DNA of 64,000 nt, taken from Thermoproteota archaeon (GTDB lineage Archaea > Thermoproteota > Methanomethylicia > Methanomethylicales > Methanomethylicaceae). The position numbers and the translations under genes were made by a program. The first letter of the stretch is position 1, and each line of letters starts with the position of its first letter. Of the stretch, positions 13,414 to 22,481 are shown in pieces. The stretch lies in contig JAJHRG010000001.1 in assembly GCA_020832905.1 (NCBI GenBank), forward strand, positions 64,809-128,808, written 5' to 3'. A model generated the notes under the pieces. The model saw nothing but the letters and a program-made list of their open reading frames with translations. It was not told the origin of the DNA and did not search any database.

Positions 13414-13911
13414 ATGTCAATTGAAAGCTTTAAATTAGCAGATAATGAAATACTAATAATGAAAGGAAAAAATGGATTATTAGGAATTGCAAAAGCTAAA
13501 GGTATAAATAAAGTTATTATAGAAAGTTTTGAAAAAGAAATGGAATTAATAGTTAATCCAGAAGATATTATTGTAGTTTCATGCTTTAGTAATAATGAAA
13601 AATTTATAAATGGAATAGCATGTATGATTTATTTAATTAAAGAAATAGGAATACCTCTTATTTCATTTCCTAAGGAAAGAAAAACTTCATTTATTCCTAA
13701 TATGCTAATAGCCATAGGAAAAAACATTATCTTAACTACAAAAATAGAACCAGGAAAAGAAAAACAAAATATGTTATGTGTCACTAAAGATTTTGATAAT
13801 ATGGAAGTTATCTCAAATAATGAAGAAATAGTAATAAAAGGAATTGATAAAAAGAAGGTAAATATTTTTAAAATTAATCAACCTCACATACAATATATGA
13901 ATAATTACTAA
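13414..13911 (+). CDS. Hypothetical protein
   Basis: Open frame with normal composition; ATG 13414 preferred over TTG 13390; no family recognised with confidence. Confidence 0.65.
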   Translation: MSIESFKLADNEILIMKGKNGLLGIAKAKGINKVIIESFEKEMELIVNPEDIIVVSCFSNNEKFINGIACMIYLIKEIGIPLISFPKERKTSFIPNMLIAIGKNIILTTKIEPGKEKQNMLCVTKDFDNMEVISNNEEIVIKGIDKKKVNIFKINQPHIQYMNNY

Positions 13912-14506
13912 ATCTATATTTCTTCCATGATAATATTCTTATTGGACTTTTATATAATGGACATTCTAAAACTAATGTATGATATTCACCATTTTCTCCT
14001 AATGGATCAATATTTTTATTCTTACTAAGAAAATAATCTAAAGTATCTTTTGATAATATAAAACCAAGCCATTCTTCACTTAAAATATTATTATCAATAC
14101 ATATTATCATCGCTTTAAATTTCTCCTCCATCATTTCTTTTAATATATCTAATGAAGACCTATGAAAAATTGGTTCAATAATAGATATATTAAGCTTTTT
14201 ACATATATTCTCTAACCATTTAACATGATCTTCTATAAAAACATCTCCACCAACTAGTATATCAATATTCATTCTATTGAGAAAATTAATAAAATTATCT
14301 ATACCATTTTTTAAATTAATAATAAATAATTGTTTATTCATTTTTTCTGCAATTTTTTTAAGAGCATTTATATTTTCTAAATGACCACTTGGTCTATTAA
14401 AAGTGGTAATAAATGTAATTAAATAGTTAATAGGAATACCTAATTTTTCTACTAAGTAAATAGAATATAGTGAATCTTTTCCAGAGAAAAGAGCAGCTCC
14501 TTTCAT
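13874..14506 (-). CDS. DUF71/Dph6-like PP-loop ATP pyrophosphatase (ammonia ligase family)
   Basis: LFSGKDS PP-loop variant; DPLGENGEYHTLV. Confidence 0.85.
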   Translation of the reverse strand: MKGAALFSGKDSLYSIYLVEKLGIPINYLITFITTFNRPSGHLENINALKKIAEKMNKQLFIINLKNGIDNFINFLNRMNIDILVGGDVFIEDHVKWLENICKKLNISIIEPIFHRSSLDILKEMMEEKFKAMIICIDNNILSEEWLGFILSKDTLDYFLSKNKNIDPLGENGEYHTLVLECPLYKSPIRILSWKKYRFSNYSYIVCEVD

Positions 14507-14584
14507 TTTTATTCATAAAATAGTTAAAATTAATAAAATAAAAAATTTTGGAAAAAATAATTAGAATGTTTGTATAATTATTAA

Positions 14585-15235
14585 ATGGGGTTAAAAATGT
14601 CTGAAATAATTGTCAAATGGTTAGGACATGCAAGTTTTCAAATAAAAACAGATAATAAAATAATCTATATTGATCCATATGAAGGAGAATATGAAGAAAA
14701 AGCAGATATTATACTAGTTACTCATTCACATTATGATCATTGTGATACTTCAAAAATTAAAAAAATAACAAAAAAAGAAACAGTAATAATTGCACCTGAA
14801 GAATGTGCAAAGAAAATTAATGCAAAATCAATAAAGCCAGGAGAAAAAATGACAATTAATGGAATAATCATTCAAGCAGTTCATGCATATAATGTTAGAC
14901 GTTTTAGATCTCCAGGAGTTCCATTTCATCCAAAGGGATTTGGTGTTGGTTACTTAATAACTATAGGAGATAAAACAATTTATCATGCAGGAGATACTGA
15001 TTTTATTCCTGAAATGAAAGAACTAAAGAATATTACACTAGCTTTACTTCCAAGTGGAGGTACATATACAATGGACAATCCAGAAGCTGCTGAAGCTACT
15101 ATAACAATTAATCCAAAAATTGTAATTCCAATGCATAGATGGGATACAAATCCAGAAGAATTTAAGAAGAAAGTAGAAGAAAAATCAAACATAAAAGTTG
15201 TAATACTTAATCCTGGTGAAGTCTATAAGCTATAA
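14585..15235 (+). CDS. Metallo-beta-lactamase fold hydrolase
   Basis: WLGHASF, THSHYDH, YHAGDT, PMH motifs. Confidence 0.9.
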   Translation: MGLKMSEIIVKWLGHASFQIKTDNKIIYIDPYEGEYEEKADIILVTHSHYDHCDTSKIKKITKKETVIIAPEECAKKINAKSIKPGEKMTINGIIIQAVHAYNVRRFRSPGVPFHPKGFGVGYLITIGDKTIYHAGDTDFIPEMKELKNITLALLPSGGTYTMDNPEAAEATITINPKIVIPMHRWDTNPEEFKKKVEEKSNIKVVILNPGEVYKL

Positions 15236-15864
15236 TGAGTGAAATAAAGTTTTATAGTGAAAAAACAGGAAAGTACTATAGACTTATAAGTACAAGTACT
15301 TGGCCATATCTAGAAATTTCAGGAATAAGAATGCATAGAGCAGATGATGTTGATCCAAAAACAGATGCTGAATTAAAAATAAAAGCACTTGGAAGAGTTT
15401 ATGGAAGAGTTTTAGACTGTTGTACAGGTTTAGGGTATACTGCTATTTTATTAGCAAATAAAAAAAGTGTAAATGAAGTAATAACAATAGAAAAAGATGA
15501 AAATGTAATAATGATTGCTAAACAAAATCCATATTCAAAACCTCTTTTTGAAAATAGTAAAATAAAGCTTATAATTGGAGATGCTTTTGAAGAAATAAAA
15601 AAATTTGAAGATAAATATTTTAATTTTATAGTACATGATCCACCTAGAATAAGTATTGCTCATGAGCTTTACTCTTTAGAATTTTATAAACAACTTTATA
15701 GAGTATTAAAAGACAATGGTAGAATATTACATTATGTTGGAAGACCAGGAATAAGACAAGGTAAGAATTACATAAAAGGAATAATTAATAGATTAAGAAT
15801 GGCAGGATTTAGAAGAATTAAAATGATTGATTATGCTTTAAGTCTATTAATTGAAAAAATATAA
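15235..15864 (+). CDS. Archaeal SAM-dependent methyltransferase (COG2521-like)
   Basis: EISGIRMH, VLDCCTGLGYTA, HDPPR. Confidence 0.8.
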   Translation: MSEIKFYSEKTGKYYRLISTSTWPYLEISGIRMHRADDVDPKTDAELKIKALGRVYGRVLDCCTGLGYTAILLANKKSVNEVITIEKDENVIMIAKQNPYSKPLFENSKIKLIIGDAFEEIKKFEDKYFNFIVHDPPRISIAHELYSLEFYKQLYRVLKDNGRILHYVGRPGIRQGKNYIKGIINRLRMAGFRRIKMIDYALSLLIEKI

Positions 15865-15870
15865 ATAGTA

Positions 15871-15889
15871 TGGATGGATAATCCATACA
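15871..15889 (+). promoter_or_regulatory. Putative palindromic operator TGGATGG-N5-CCATACA between TATA box and cblT start
   Basis: Near-identical copy at 26332..26350 upstream of btuF. Confidence 0.65.
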
Positions 15890-15890
15890 T

Positions 15891-16373
15891 ATGTCAGAAA
15901 ATATAAAAAGAAGAGCAAAAATTCTTACAGAAATTGCTTTATTTTCTGCAATAAGTGGAATAGGTGCTATGATTCCTATACCAAGTCCAATTGGTTCTAT
16001 AGCTTTAGATTCTTTTCCAGGATATTTTATGGCACTTTGGAGAGGAAAAATAGAAGGAGCATTAGTATGTGCTATTGGACATTTACTTTCTGCAATAAGA
16101 GCTGGATTTCCATTAGGATTACTTCATATAGCCATAGCCTTACTTATGGCTATTGTTGGATTAACTATAGCAATTATTAAAAATAAATATGGAATTACTA
16201 TGGGTCTTATAGGTGGTATAATTTTAAATACAATAGGAGTAATAATTGTAGTACCAGTTTTAGGATGGGGAGCAATTATAGTAATTACACCAATATTATT
16301 CTTAGCTTCTTTAATAAATGCAATCATAGCAGGAATAATATATAAAATATTAGTGAAGATTTATGTTAAGTAA
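15891..16373 (+). CDS. cblT: ECF-type S component, CblT-like alpha-ribazole transporter
   Basis: 160 aa hydrophobic; SIALDSFPGY...GHLLSA..GFPL; directly upstream of a CblS-like gene next to cob genes. Confidence 0.7.
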   Translation: MSENIKRRAKILTEIALFSAISGIGAMIPIPSPIGSIALDSFPGYFMALWRGKIEGALVCAIGHLLSAIRAGFPLGLLHIAIALLMAIVGLTIAIIKNKYGITMGLIGGIILNTIGVIIVVPVLGWGAIIVITPILFLASLINAIIAGIIYKILVKIYVK

Positions 16374-17100
16374 CTTCAGAGATATATTAATAAAAAAATT
16401 AGGAAATTATTTTTTAATTATAAGTTGTGATTCTTCAGGAGCAATTGGTCCAAAGAATGGAGATTTTCTAAAAGTTAATGGGGAAATTTTAGGAAAATAT
16501 ATGGTAAGAAGTGCTTTAATGGAAATTTTATCTGTAAAAGCAAAACCAATATGTATATCTTGTGGATTAGGTGTAGAGCCAGAACCAACTGGAGAAAGTA
16601 TAATTAAAGGAATAAAAGAAGAAATGATAAAAGTAGGACTTAATCCTAATGAAGATCTTGTTATAAGTACTGAAAAGAATTTTCCAACTAATCAAACAGG
16701 ACTTGGTATTACTGCTATAGGATTTGCTTCAAAAAAAGATTTACTTATTGGAAAATCAAAAAAGAATGATTTAATTATTAGTATTGGTTTACCTTCAGTT
16801 GGAAAAGAAGTTTTAGAAAATAAAGATAGTATTGTAGATATTGATGATGTATTAACTCTATTGTCTATGGATTTTATTCATGGAATTATTCCAGTTGGTT
16901 CTAAAGGAATATTGTATGAGGCAAACATATTAGCAAGAGAATCAAATCTTAAATTAAGACTTTTTAATGATATAAAATTAGATTTAAAGAAATCTGCTGG
17001 ACCAAGCACTGTTATACTTGTTACATTAAGAGAAAAATATATTGATATTATTAAAAGTAAGATTAAGAAACCAATACATAAAATAGCAACTTTAATTTAG
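16363..17100 (+). CDS. cblS: AIR synthase-fold protein, CblS-like alpha-ribazole kinase
   Basis: RDI...SCDSSGAIGPK, STEKNFPT.QT, PVGSKGI, KSAGPST; paired with cblT. Confidence 0.72.
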   Translation: MLSNFRDILIKKLGNYFLIISCDSSGAIGPKNGDFLKVNGEILGKYMVRSALMEILSVKAKPICISCGLGVEPEPTGESIIKGIKEEMIKVGLNPNEDLVISTEKNFPTNQTGLGITAIGFASKKDLLIGKSKKNDLIISIGLPSVGKEVLENKDSIVDIDDVLTLLSMDFIHGIIPVGSKGILYEANILARESNLKLRLFNDIKLDLKKSAGPSTVILVTLREKYIDIIKSKIKKPIHKIATLI

Positions 17101-17720
17101 TTTTTTATTTTTAATTTCTCCATATATTCTCTTGCCTTTAAATATTCATCAAAAGTATTTATATTAAAAACTACTTCAAAATTATTCATAATTAAGTATA
17201 TTTCCTCAATATATTTTTCATCAATTTTTGTCTTATCAATAATATTTATACCACATGGAACAAATTCTTCATTATTAATTTTTATTATATAAGTTGGTAT
17301 TAAATTATAGCTTAATAAGTTCTTTAAAGGTGTTATTACAGTAAGAGAAGGTTTTTTCTCTTCTATGTATTTATTAATAATGAAATTAATAATTTCTGAT
17401 GTGATAAATGGAAGATCTGCTGATATTACAATAAAATATTTACCATTAGAATTCTTTATTGCAAACTTCATATCCTCATGATAATCTCTTCCACTTGTTT
17501 CTAATATGTTAATTCCCTTAATTGATTTTAGATAATTTTTTGTATTTACAGTATTAGGAGAAACAGTTACAATGATCTTATCTATAAATGAAGAATTTTT
17601 TACTGCATTTATTACTCTTTCAATTAAAGTTATTCCTCCTAATTTTAATAATGGTTTTTCAATTTTAATATTCATTCTTGAACTTTTTCCACCAGCCATT
17701 ATAATTGCAGTAAATTTCAT
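17097..17720 (-). CDS. cobY: GTP:adenosylcobinamide-phosphate guanylyltransferase
   Basis: MAGGKSSRM...EKPL NTP-transferase motif, ADLP, NINT; follows cobS. Confidence 0.88.
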   Translation of the reverse strand: MKFTAIIMAGGKSSRMNIKIEKPLLKLGGITLIERVINAVKNSSFIDKIIVTVSPNTVNTKNYLKSIKGINILETSGRDYHEDMKFAIKNSNGKYFIVISADLPFITSEIINFIINKYIEEKKPSLTVITPLKNLLSYNLIPTYIIKINNEEFVPCGINIIDKTKIDEKYIEEIYLIMNNFEVVFNINTFDEYLKAREYMEKLKIKN

Positions 17721-17721
17721 T

Positions 17722-18453
17722 TTAAAACCCCATTAATAATAATAGTAATAAACAAATTATTCTTGAAAATTCATTTGTACAACCAAGCATATCTCCACTA
17801 ATACAATTAAAAATCTTATGTAAAATATTAGTCCAAATTACTGAAAATAATATAATTGAAATAAAGATAATAAAGACTTTAGGATTAATAATTATAATAA
17901 CTAATGGTAATAATGAGCCAAGAACTATATTTCTATATTTTTTCTCCTTAAATTTTACTATAAAGATTTTTCCTATACCAAATTCACATGGTTTTCCTAT
18001 AAAGCTAACTAATAAAATTGATAATTTTGCAAATGTTTCAGCAATTATTAGAGAAATAAGAATATTTTTTATTAGTGAAATTAAGATAAAACTCATAGAT
18101 AATACTGCATATAGCAAAAAGAAACCACCAATACCATGATGTTTATCATGTAATATTTTTAGTTTTTCATTTTTACTTCCTCTAAACATTATTGCATCAC
18201 CTAAATCTAGTACACCATCTAAATGATGTAAACCTGTAATTATTAATAAACAAAAAAGTGTAAGTAATCCTGCTAATAACTTTGGAAAGAATATAAATAA
18301 AATAGTACCAAATAAACCACTAATAGTACCAATTATTGCTCCAACTAAAGGAAAGAAGTATGCATAATATGCAATTTCTTCTATATTACTACTATTAACT
18401 GGAATTATTGTTAAAAAGGAAATAACTGAAATAAATCCCTTTAATATTTTCAT
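17722..18453 (-). CDS. cobS: Cobalamin synthase (adenosylcobinamide-GDP ribazoletransferase)
   Basis: FLTIIP, FPLVG, TGLHHLDG..DLGD, SGD.LG motifs; multi-TM. Confidence 0.93.
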   Translation of the reverse strand: MKILKGFISVISFLTIIPVNSSNIEEIAYYAYFFPLVGAIIGTISGLFGTILFIFFPKLLAGLLTLFCLLIITGLHHLDGVLDLGDAIMFRGSKNEKLKILHDKHHGIGGFFLLYAVLSMSFILISLIKNILISLIIAETFAKLSILLVSFIGKPCEFGIGKIFIVKFKEKKYRNIVLGSLLPLVIIIINPKVFIIFISIILFSVIWTNILHKIFNCISGDMLGCTNEFSRIICLLLLLLMGF

Positions 18454-19568
18454 TTTTTTCTTTCCTCAATCATATAAGAGTACATTTTACTCGATACTCC
18501 TGCTAATAATCCACCTATAACATCATCAATAAAAGGAGGTAAATTCTTTAAAATACCTGGTTTCTTTCTATCAAATCTATAAAATTCAAAAAGTCCATTA
18601 TATCCTGCAATATACATTGCAATAGAAATTCCTAAAATTTCATCAGCAACTAAATTTACAGGATCTTTTTTGTAATTCTCAGCACTCATATTAGGAATTA
18701 ATCCTCTTTCTCCATCTTCATTCAGTCTAAGACCTGCTATTACTAATGAGCTTACATTTATATCATCCATTACTTCTAATAAAATTCTTTTGAAAATTTC
18801 TTTAGCTTCTTCTTTTGAATAATTAGGATGTGGTACATAAATTTCCATAGCAGTTGAAATTAAATCTTCAAGTAGTATACCACGTTCTTTTAATCTTAAT
18901 AAGAGTTTTCTTTCAGTTTTTATATTATTGCATATTAGTGCATTATTTAAAGCATCTTCAACACATGAAGCAATTAACCATCCTAATTCAGTTGCACTAC
19001 CTGCATATTCTATAGCATTTCCTTTTCCTAGAGATGCTATAGCTAAAGCATCTGATGATGTACCAGTTGCTTGTTCATAACTTATAAAACTTCTTATATC
19101 AAAAGATGAAAGAACTTTACATTTAGCTTCTGTGATTGTTGTAATAGCATTAACCATACAACTTTCTGTCATTTCTCTATCAACAATAACAATAATATTA
19201 ATAGTACCAATATTAGGAATTTTAGTTTTTCTCATTATATTCCAATCTGTTATTGATAATGCATTTGAAATTCCTGCAGTAACAATTGCTAATACTTTTA
19301 TATTAGAAGATTCTTTTTTTGCAATTCCTGCTTTCATAAGATCTGCTCCAGTCATTAAGCATATAGCATTACTATCTACATTTTTAGATTTATAATATGC
19401 AATAGGATCATAATAGAAATCTTCTGGTATCCATAAATTTATTATCTTATTAGAAAATCTTAATCCTCCATTTATTGGAGCTGAGCTTAATACTTTAATT
19501 GGTTTTTTACTTTCAATAATAATATATTCCTTACTTATACTTACTTCTATATCATCAAAAAATATCAT
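18450..19568 (-). CDS. cbiS: Fusion of adenosylcobinamide amidohydrolase (CbiZ) and alpha-ribazole-phosphate phosphatase (CobZ); CbiS-type
   Basis: N-half LSSAPINGG, VTAG, GTINII, TEAK, ATGTSSD (CbiZ); C-half D.NV..L, LVADE.LG, RFDRKKPG..LPPFIDD (CobZ). Confidence 0.85.
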   Translation of the reverse strand: MIFFDDIEVSISKEYIIIESKKPIKVLSSAPINGGLRFSNKIINLWIPEDFYYDPIAYYKSKNVDSNAICLMTGADLMKAGIAKKESSNIKVLAIVTAGISNALSITDWNIMRKTKIPNIGTINIIVIVDREMTESCMVNAITTITEAKCKVLSSFDIRSFISYEQATGTSSDALAIASLGKGNAIEYAGSATELGWLIASCVEDALNNALICNNIKTERKLLLRLKERGILLEDLISTAMEIYVPHPNYSKEEAKEIFKRILLEVMDDINVSSLVIAGLRLNEDGERGLIPNMSAENYKKDPVNLVADEILGISIAMYIAGYNGLFEFYRFDRKKPGILKNLPPFIDDVIGGLLAGVSSKMYSYMIEERKK

Positions 19569-20455
19569 AATATCACCTCTAATAGTGAAAAAATAATAAT
19601 AGAAATGATAGCAGAAATAGTAAATATTTTTAAAGCATCTTTAATTTTCTCTAATGATGGTAATTCTTTTCCTCCTTCAATATAATATTCATTAGGTTTT
19701 CTAAGCCATATATTTAATGCTCCAGCCATTGATGCCATAGGCCATCCTGCATTTTTACTTTTAGTAAAAGAATGAAATCTTATAGTTGTAGTAATAGAAT
19801 TTTTCCAATTCTTCCTTAATATAAAAGCAGAAATAGTAAATAATAAAAAGCTAATTCTAGCAGGAATATAATTTGCTAAGGTATCTAATTTTGCAGAAAA
19901 CCAACCAAATTTAATATAACGTTCATTTTTATATCCAACCATTGAATCTAATGTATTTATAACTCTATATGCAACTGCACCTGGAAGACCAAAAATTACA
20001 TAATAAAATATAGGAGATAAAAATCCATCAACAAATCCTTCTGCAATTGTTTCAATTGTAGCTGATGCAATATGAGGTTTATCTAATGTTTTTGTATCTC
20101 TTCTTACAACTAATGATAAAAATCTTCTTGATAACTCTATATCTGTATTCATATATTTCATTATTGGAATAACATGTTTAAACATACTATTAAATGCAAA
20201 AGTCATTTTCAATATTAAAACAGATAAAATAAATTCTAACCACCATATGTTAATTAATTTTATTAAAAATGTAAAAGATGTAAATAAAATAATTGAAGAT
20301 ACTGCAAGTAAAGTACCTGCTAATCTTTCATTTTTTATTTTTCTAAAATAATTCTCCATTTTTTCTATAAATTTTCCAATCCAAACTGTAAGATGAAAAT
20401 AATTTGGAGGCTCTCCAAATATTAAATCAATTAAAAAAGAAATAATTAATATCAA
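19565..20455 (-). CDS. cbiB: Adenosylcobinamide-phosphate synthase
   Basis: DLIFGEP, YRVINTLDSMVGY, DTLANYIPAR, NAGWPMA. Confidence 0.95.
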   Translation of the reverse strand: MILIISFLIDLIFGEPPNYFHLTVWIGKFIEKMENYFRKIKNERLAGTLLAVSSIILFTSFTFLIKLINIWWLEFILSVLILKMTFAFNSMFKHVIPIMKYMNTDIELSRRFLSLVVRRDTKTLDKPHIASATIETIAEGFVDGFLSPIFYYVIFGLPGAVAYRVINTLDSMVGYKNERYIKFGWFSAKLDTLANYIPARISFLLFTISAFILRKNWKNSITTTIRFHSFTKSKNAGWPMASMAGALNIWLRKPNEYYIEGGKELPSLEKIKDALKIFTISAIISIIIFSLLEVIL

Positions 20456-21819
20456 GGAGGAATCACTTCCAATACTTCTTTTCTTTTTTTTAGAATTTCT
20501 TCAGGATCTACTTTTTTAGCATCAATATCTACTAGTTTTTTAATTAATAAATTTACAACATCTTTTCTATGAATCCATATACAATCAGTACATGACCATA
20601 CTAATCTACCATTCTCTCTTTCTATGAATTTTCCTCCAGTAATATTATCTAGACATGGATAAAAATGACAAAAACAAAAACTACAATCTTCAACTTTTAA
20701 ATGACATTTCTTTTCAATACATATTGGATTATTTGGATAGAGTTTTTTCATTGAATAAATTATATTCTTTAAAGCTTTAATTAAAACAAGATTTTCTTCT
20801 TCTTTTCTTACTGCTATTCTAATGTAAGGTTCATTTAGTCCTCTTACTGAACTTAATTCTCTAATTAAAATAGCATATGATAATAATCTCCACTTCAAAT
20901 TTTTTGGTGAAAAACCACTTTTATTTATATTAATCATAAAGAAGTTTGTACTTGATGGAATTGGAACTAAACCATTAATTGATTTTATATTATTGAAAAG
21001 TTTTTCTTTTTCATTAAATATTTTCTTTTTTGAATATTTTAAAAAATCTAAGTCTTCTAAAGCAGATATCGCAGCTAATTCTTCTAAAGTACCTATTCTC
21101 CAGCTTATAGCAGTTTGATTAAATTTTTCAGCAAGACTTGAATGACATAAAGCATAGCCAACTCTCAGACCAGGAAAACCAAATGCTTTTGTAAGAGATC
21201 TTAAAACAAAAAGATTCCTAAAATCTAGTGTTAATGAGGCAAATGTTTTACTATTTTCAGAAAGCTCATAATATGCTTCATCAACTATTACAAAAATTCC
21301 TTTCTTTTCTGCAATTTCAATAATTTCAATAATTTTTTCATAATCTAAAATTTCACCAGTAGGATTATTTGGATTACAAAGAATAACACCACTAATTTCA
21401 TTATTTTTTACTATATCTAAAATTTTTTCTAAATTTATTTTGATTCCAATTGGTTCAATAAAAATAGCTTTTAATCCTAATGCTTTTACTACTACTTCAT
21501 ATTCACTAAATGTTGGTGTAGGAATTACTACTGATTTCTTAAAAAATCTTGTAAGTATAGAATGAATGAGTTCTGTTACTCCACATCCAACTATAATATT
21601 ATCACAAGGAAGATTAACATAATTAGCTATTGCTTTTCTTAATTTAGAATAATTTTTATCAGGATAATATTTTATAAGATGTAATGATGACTTAATTACT
21701 TCAATAACCTTAGGTGGAGGACCATATGGATTTATATTTGAACTAAAATCAATTATATTATTAGGAGATATTCCAATTTTATTAGAAATCTCAAAAACAT
21801 CTCCACCATGATCTATCAT
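20452..21819 (-). CDS. cobD: L-threonine-O-3-phosphate decarboxylase with C-terminal Cys-rich (zf-like) domain
   Basis: HGG, DFSSNINP, NPNNPTG, DEAY, RSLTK..G.PGLRVGY PLP motifs; C-terminal CSFCFCHFYPC...WSCTDCIWIH; start at MIDHGG after a GGTGA SD. Confidence 0.88.
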   Translation of the reverse strand: MIDHGGDVFEISNKIGISPNNIIDFSSNINPYGPPPKVIEVIKSSLHLIKYYPDKNYSKLRKAIANYVNLPCDNIIVGCGVTELIHSILTRFFKKSVVIPTPTFSEYEVVVKALGLKAIFIEPIGIKINLEKILDIVKNNEISGVILCNPNNPTGEILDYEKIIEIIEIAEKKGIFVIVDEAYYELSENSKTFASLTLDFRNLFVLRSLTKAFGFPGLRVGYALCHSSLAEKFNQTAISWRIGTLEELAAISALEDLDFLKYSKKKIFNEKEKLFNNIKSINGLVPIPSSTNFFMININKSGFSPKNLKWRLLSYAILIRELSSVRGLNEPYIRIAVRKEEENLVLIKALKNIIYSMKKLYPNNPICIEKKCHLKVEDCSFCFCHFYPCLDNITGGKFIERENGRLVWSCTDCIWIHRKDVVNLLIKKLVDIDAKKVDPEEILKKRKEVLEVIPP

Positions 21820-22475
21820 TTTCTTATCACCATAAATTCTCTTATTTTTAACATATAACGATTCCATTTTTCTAAGATCTCATAATCTTTTACAATTATT
21901 CTTCCTTTCATTATTGGAGCATCTAGTACTAAAGTATGATATTCTCCATATTCTCCACAAAAATCAATAGAAGAAAATTCCTTTATTACATCTTTATCAA
22001 TTATTTTTCCAATTAAATCTTTACTAAGTTTATTAGTATCTAAATCACATATAAGTGCTTTAATTCCATAATTTATTTCATTAATTAAAATATCATAAGA
22101 ATTACCCCATAATGGAGCATAAATATTAATATTATTTTCTTTACATAAATTTTCATACCAATTTAATTGTTCTATTGAACTTATATTCCCAACTATTATA
22201 CAATTAATATTAAGTTTTGAAAAAAGATTACTTAATTGTTTATATTCTTTTCCTTTTTCTAAATGTAATACATAAAGTGGAATTCCTATTAAATTAGCAA
22301 TAGTTTTTACAATATGAATATTAATTTCATGTATATTAGGTCTTGGAAAATCATGAGTATTAAATAAGAGATAATTAACTGATAATCCATTTTCCTTAGC
22401 TTTTATAATAGAGAAGATAGAATCCTTTCCACCAGAGAAAAATGCCAAAACTTTTAAATCTTTTTTATATTTCAT
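21816..22475 (-). CDS. DUF71/Dph6-like ATP pyrophosphatase, probable B12-salvage subgroup
   Basis: FSGGKDS, PLW, CGEYGEYHTLV; inside the cob operon. Confidence 0.85.
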   Translation of the reverse strand: MKYKKDLKVLAFFSGGKDSIFSIIKAKENGLSVNYLLFNTHDFPRPNIHEINIHIVKTIANLIGIPLYVLHLEKGKEYKQLSNLFSKLNINCIIVGNISSIEQLNWYENLCKENNINIYAPLWGNSYDILINEINYGIKALICDLDTNKLSKDLIGKIIDKDVIKEFSSIDFCGEYGEYHTLVLDAPIMKGRIIVKDYEILEKWNRYMLKIREFMVIRK

Positions 22476-22481
22476 TTTTCT

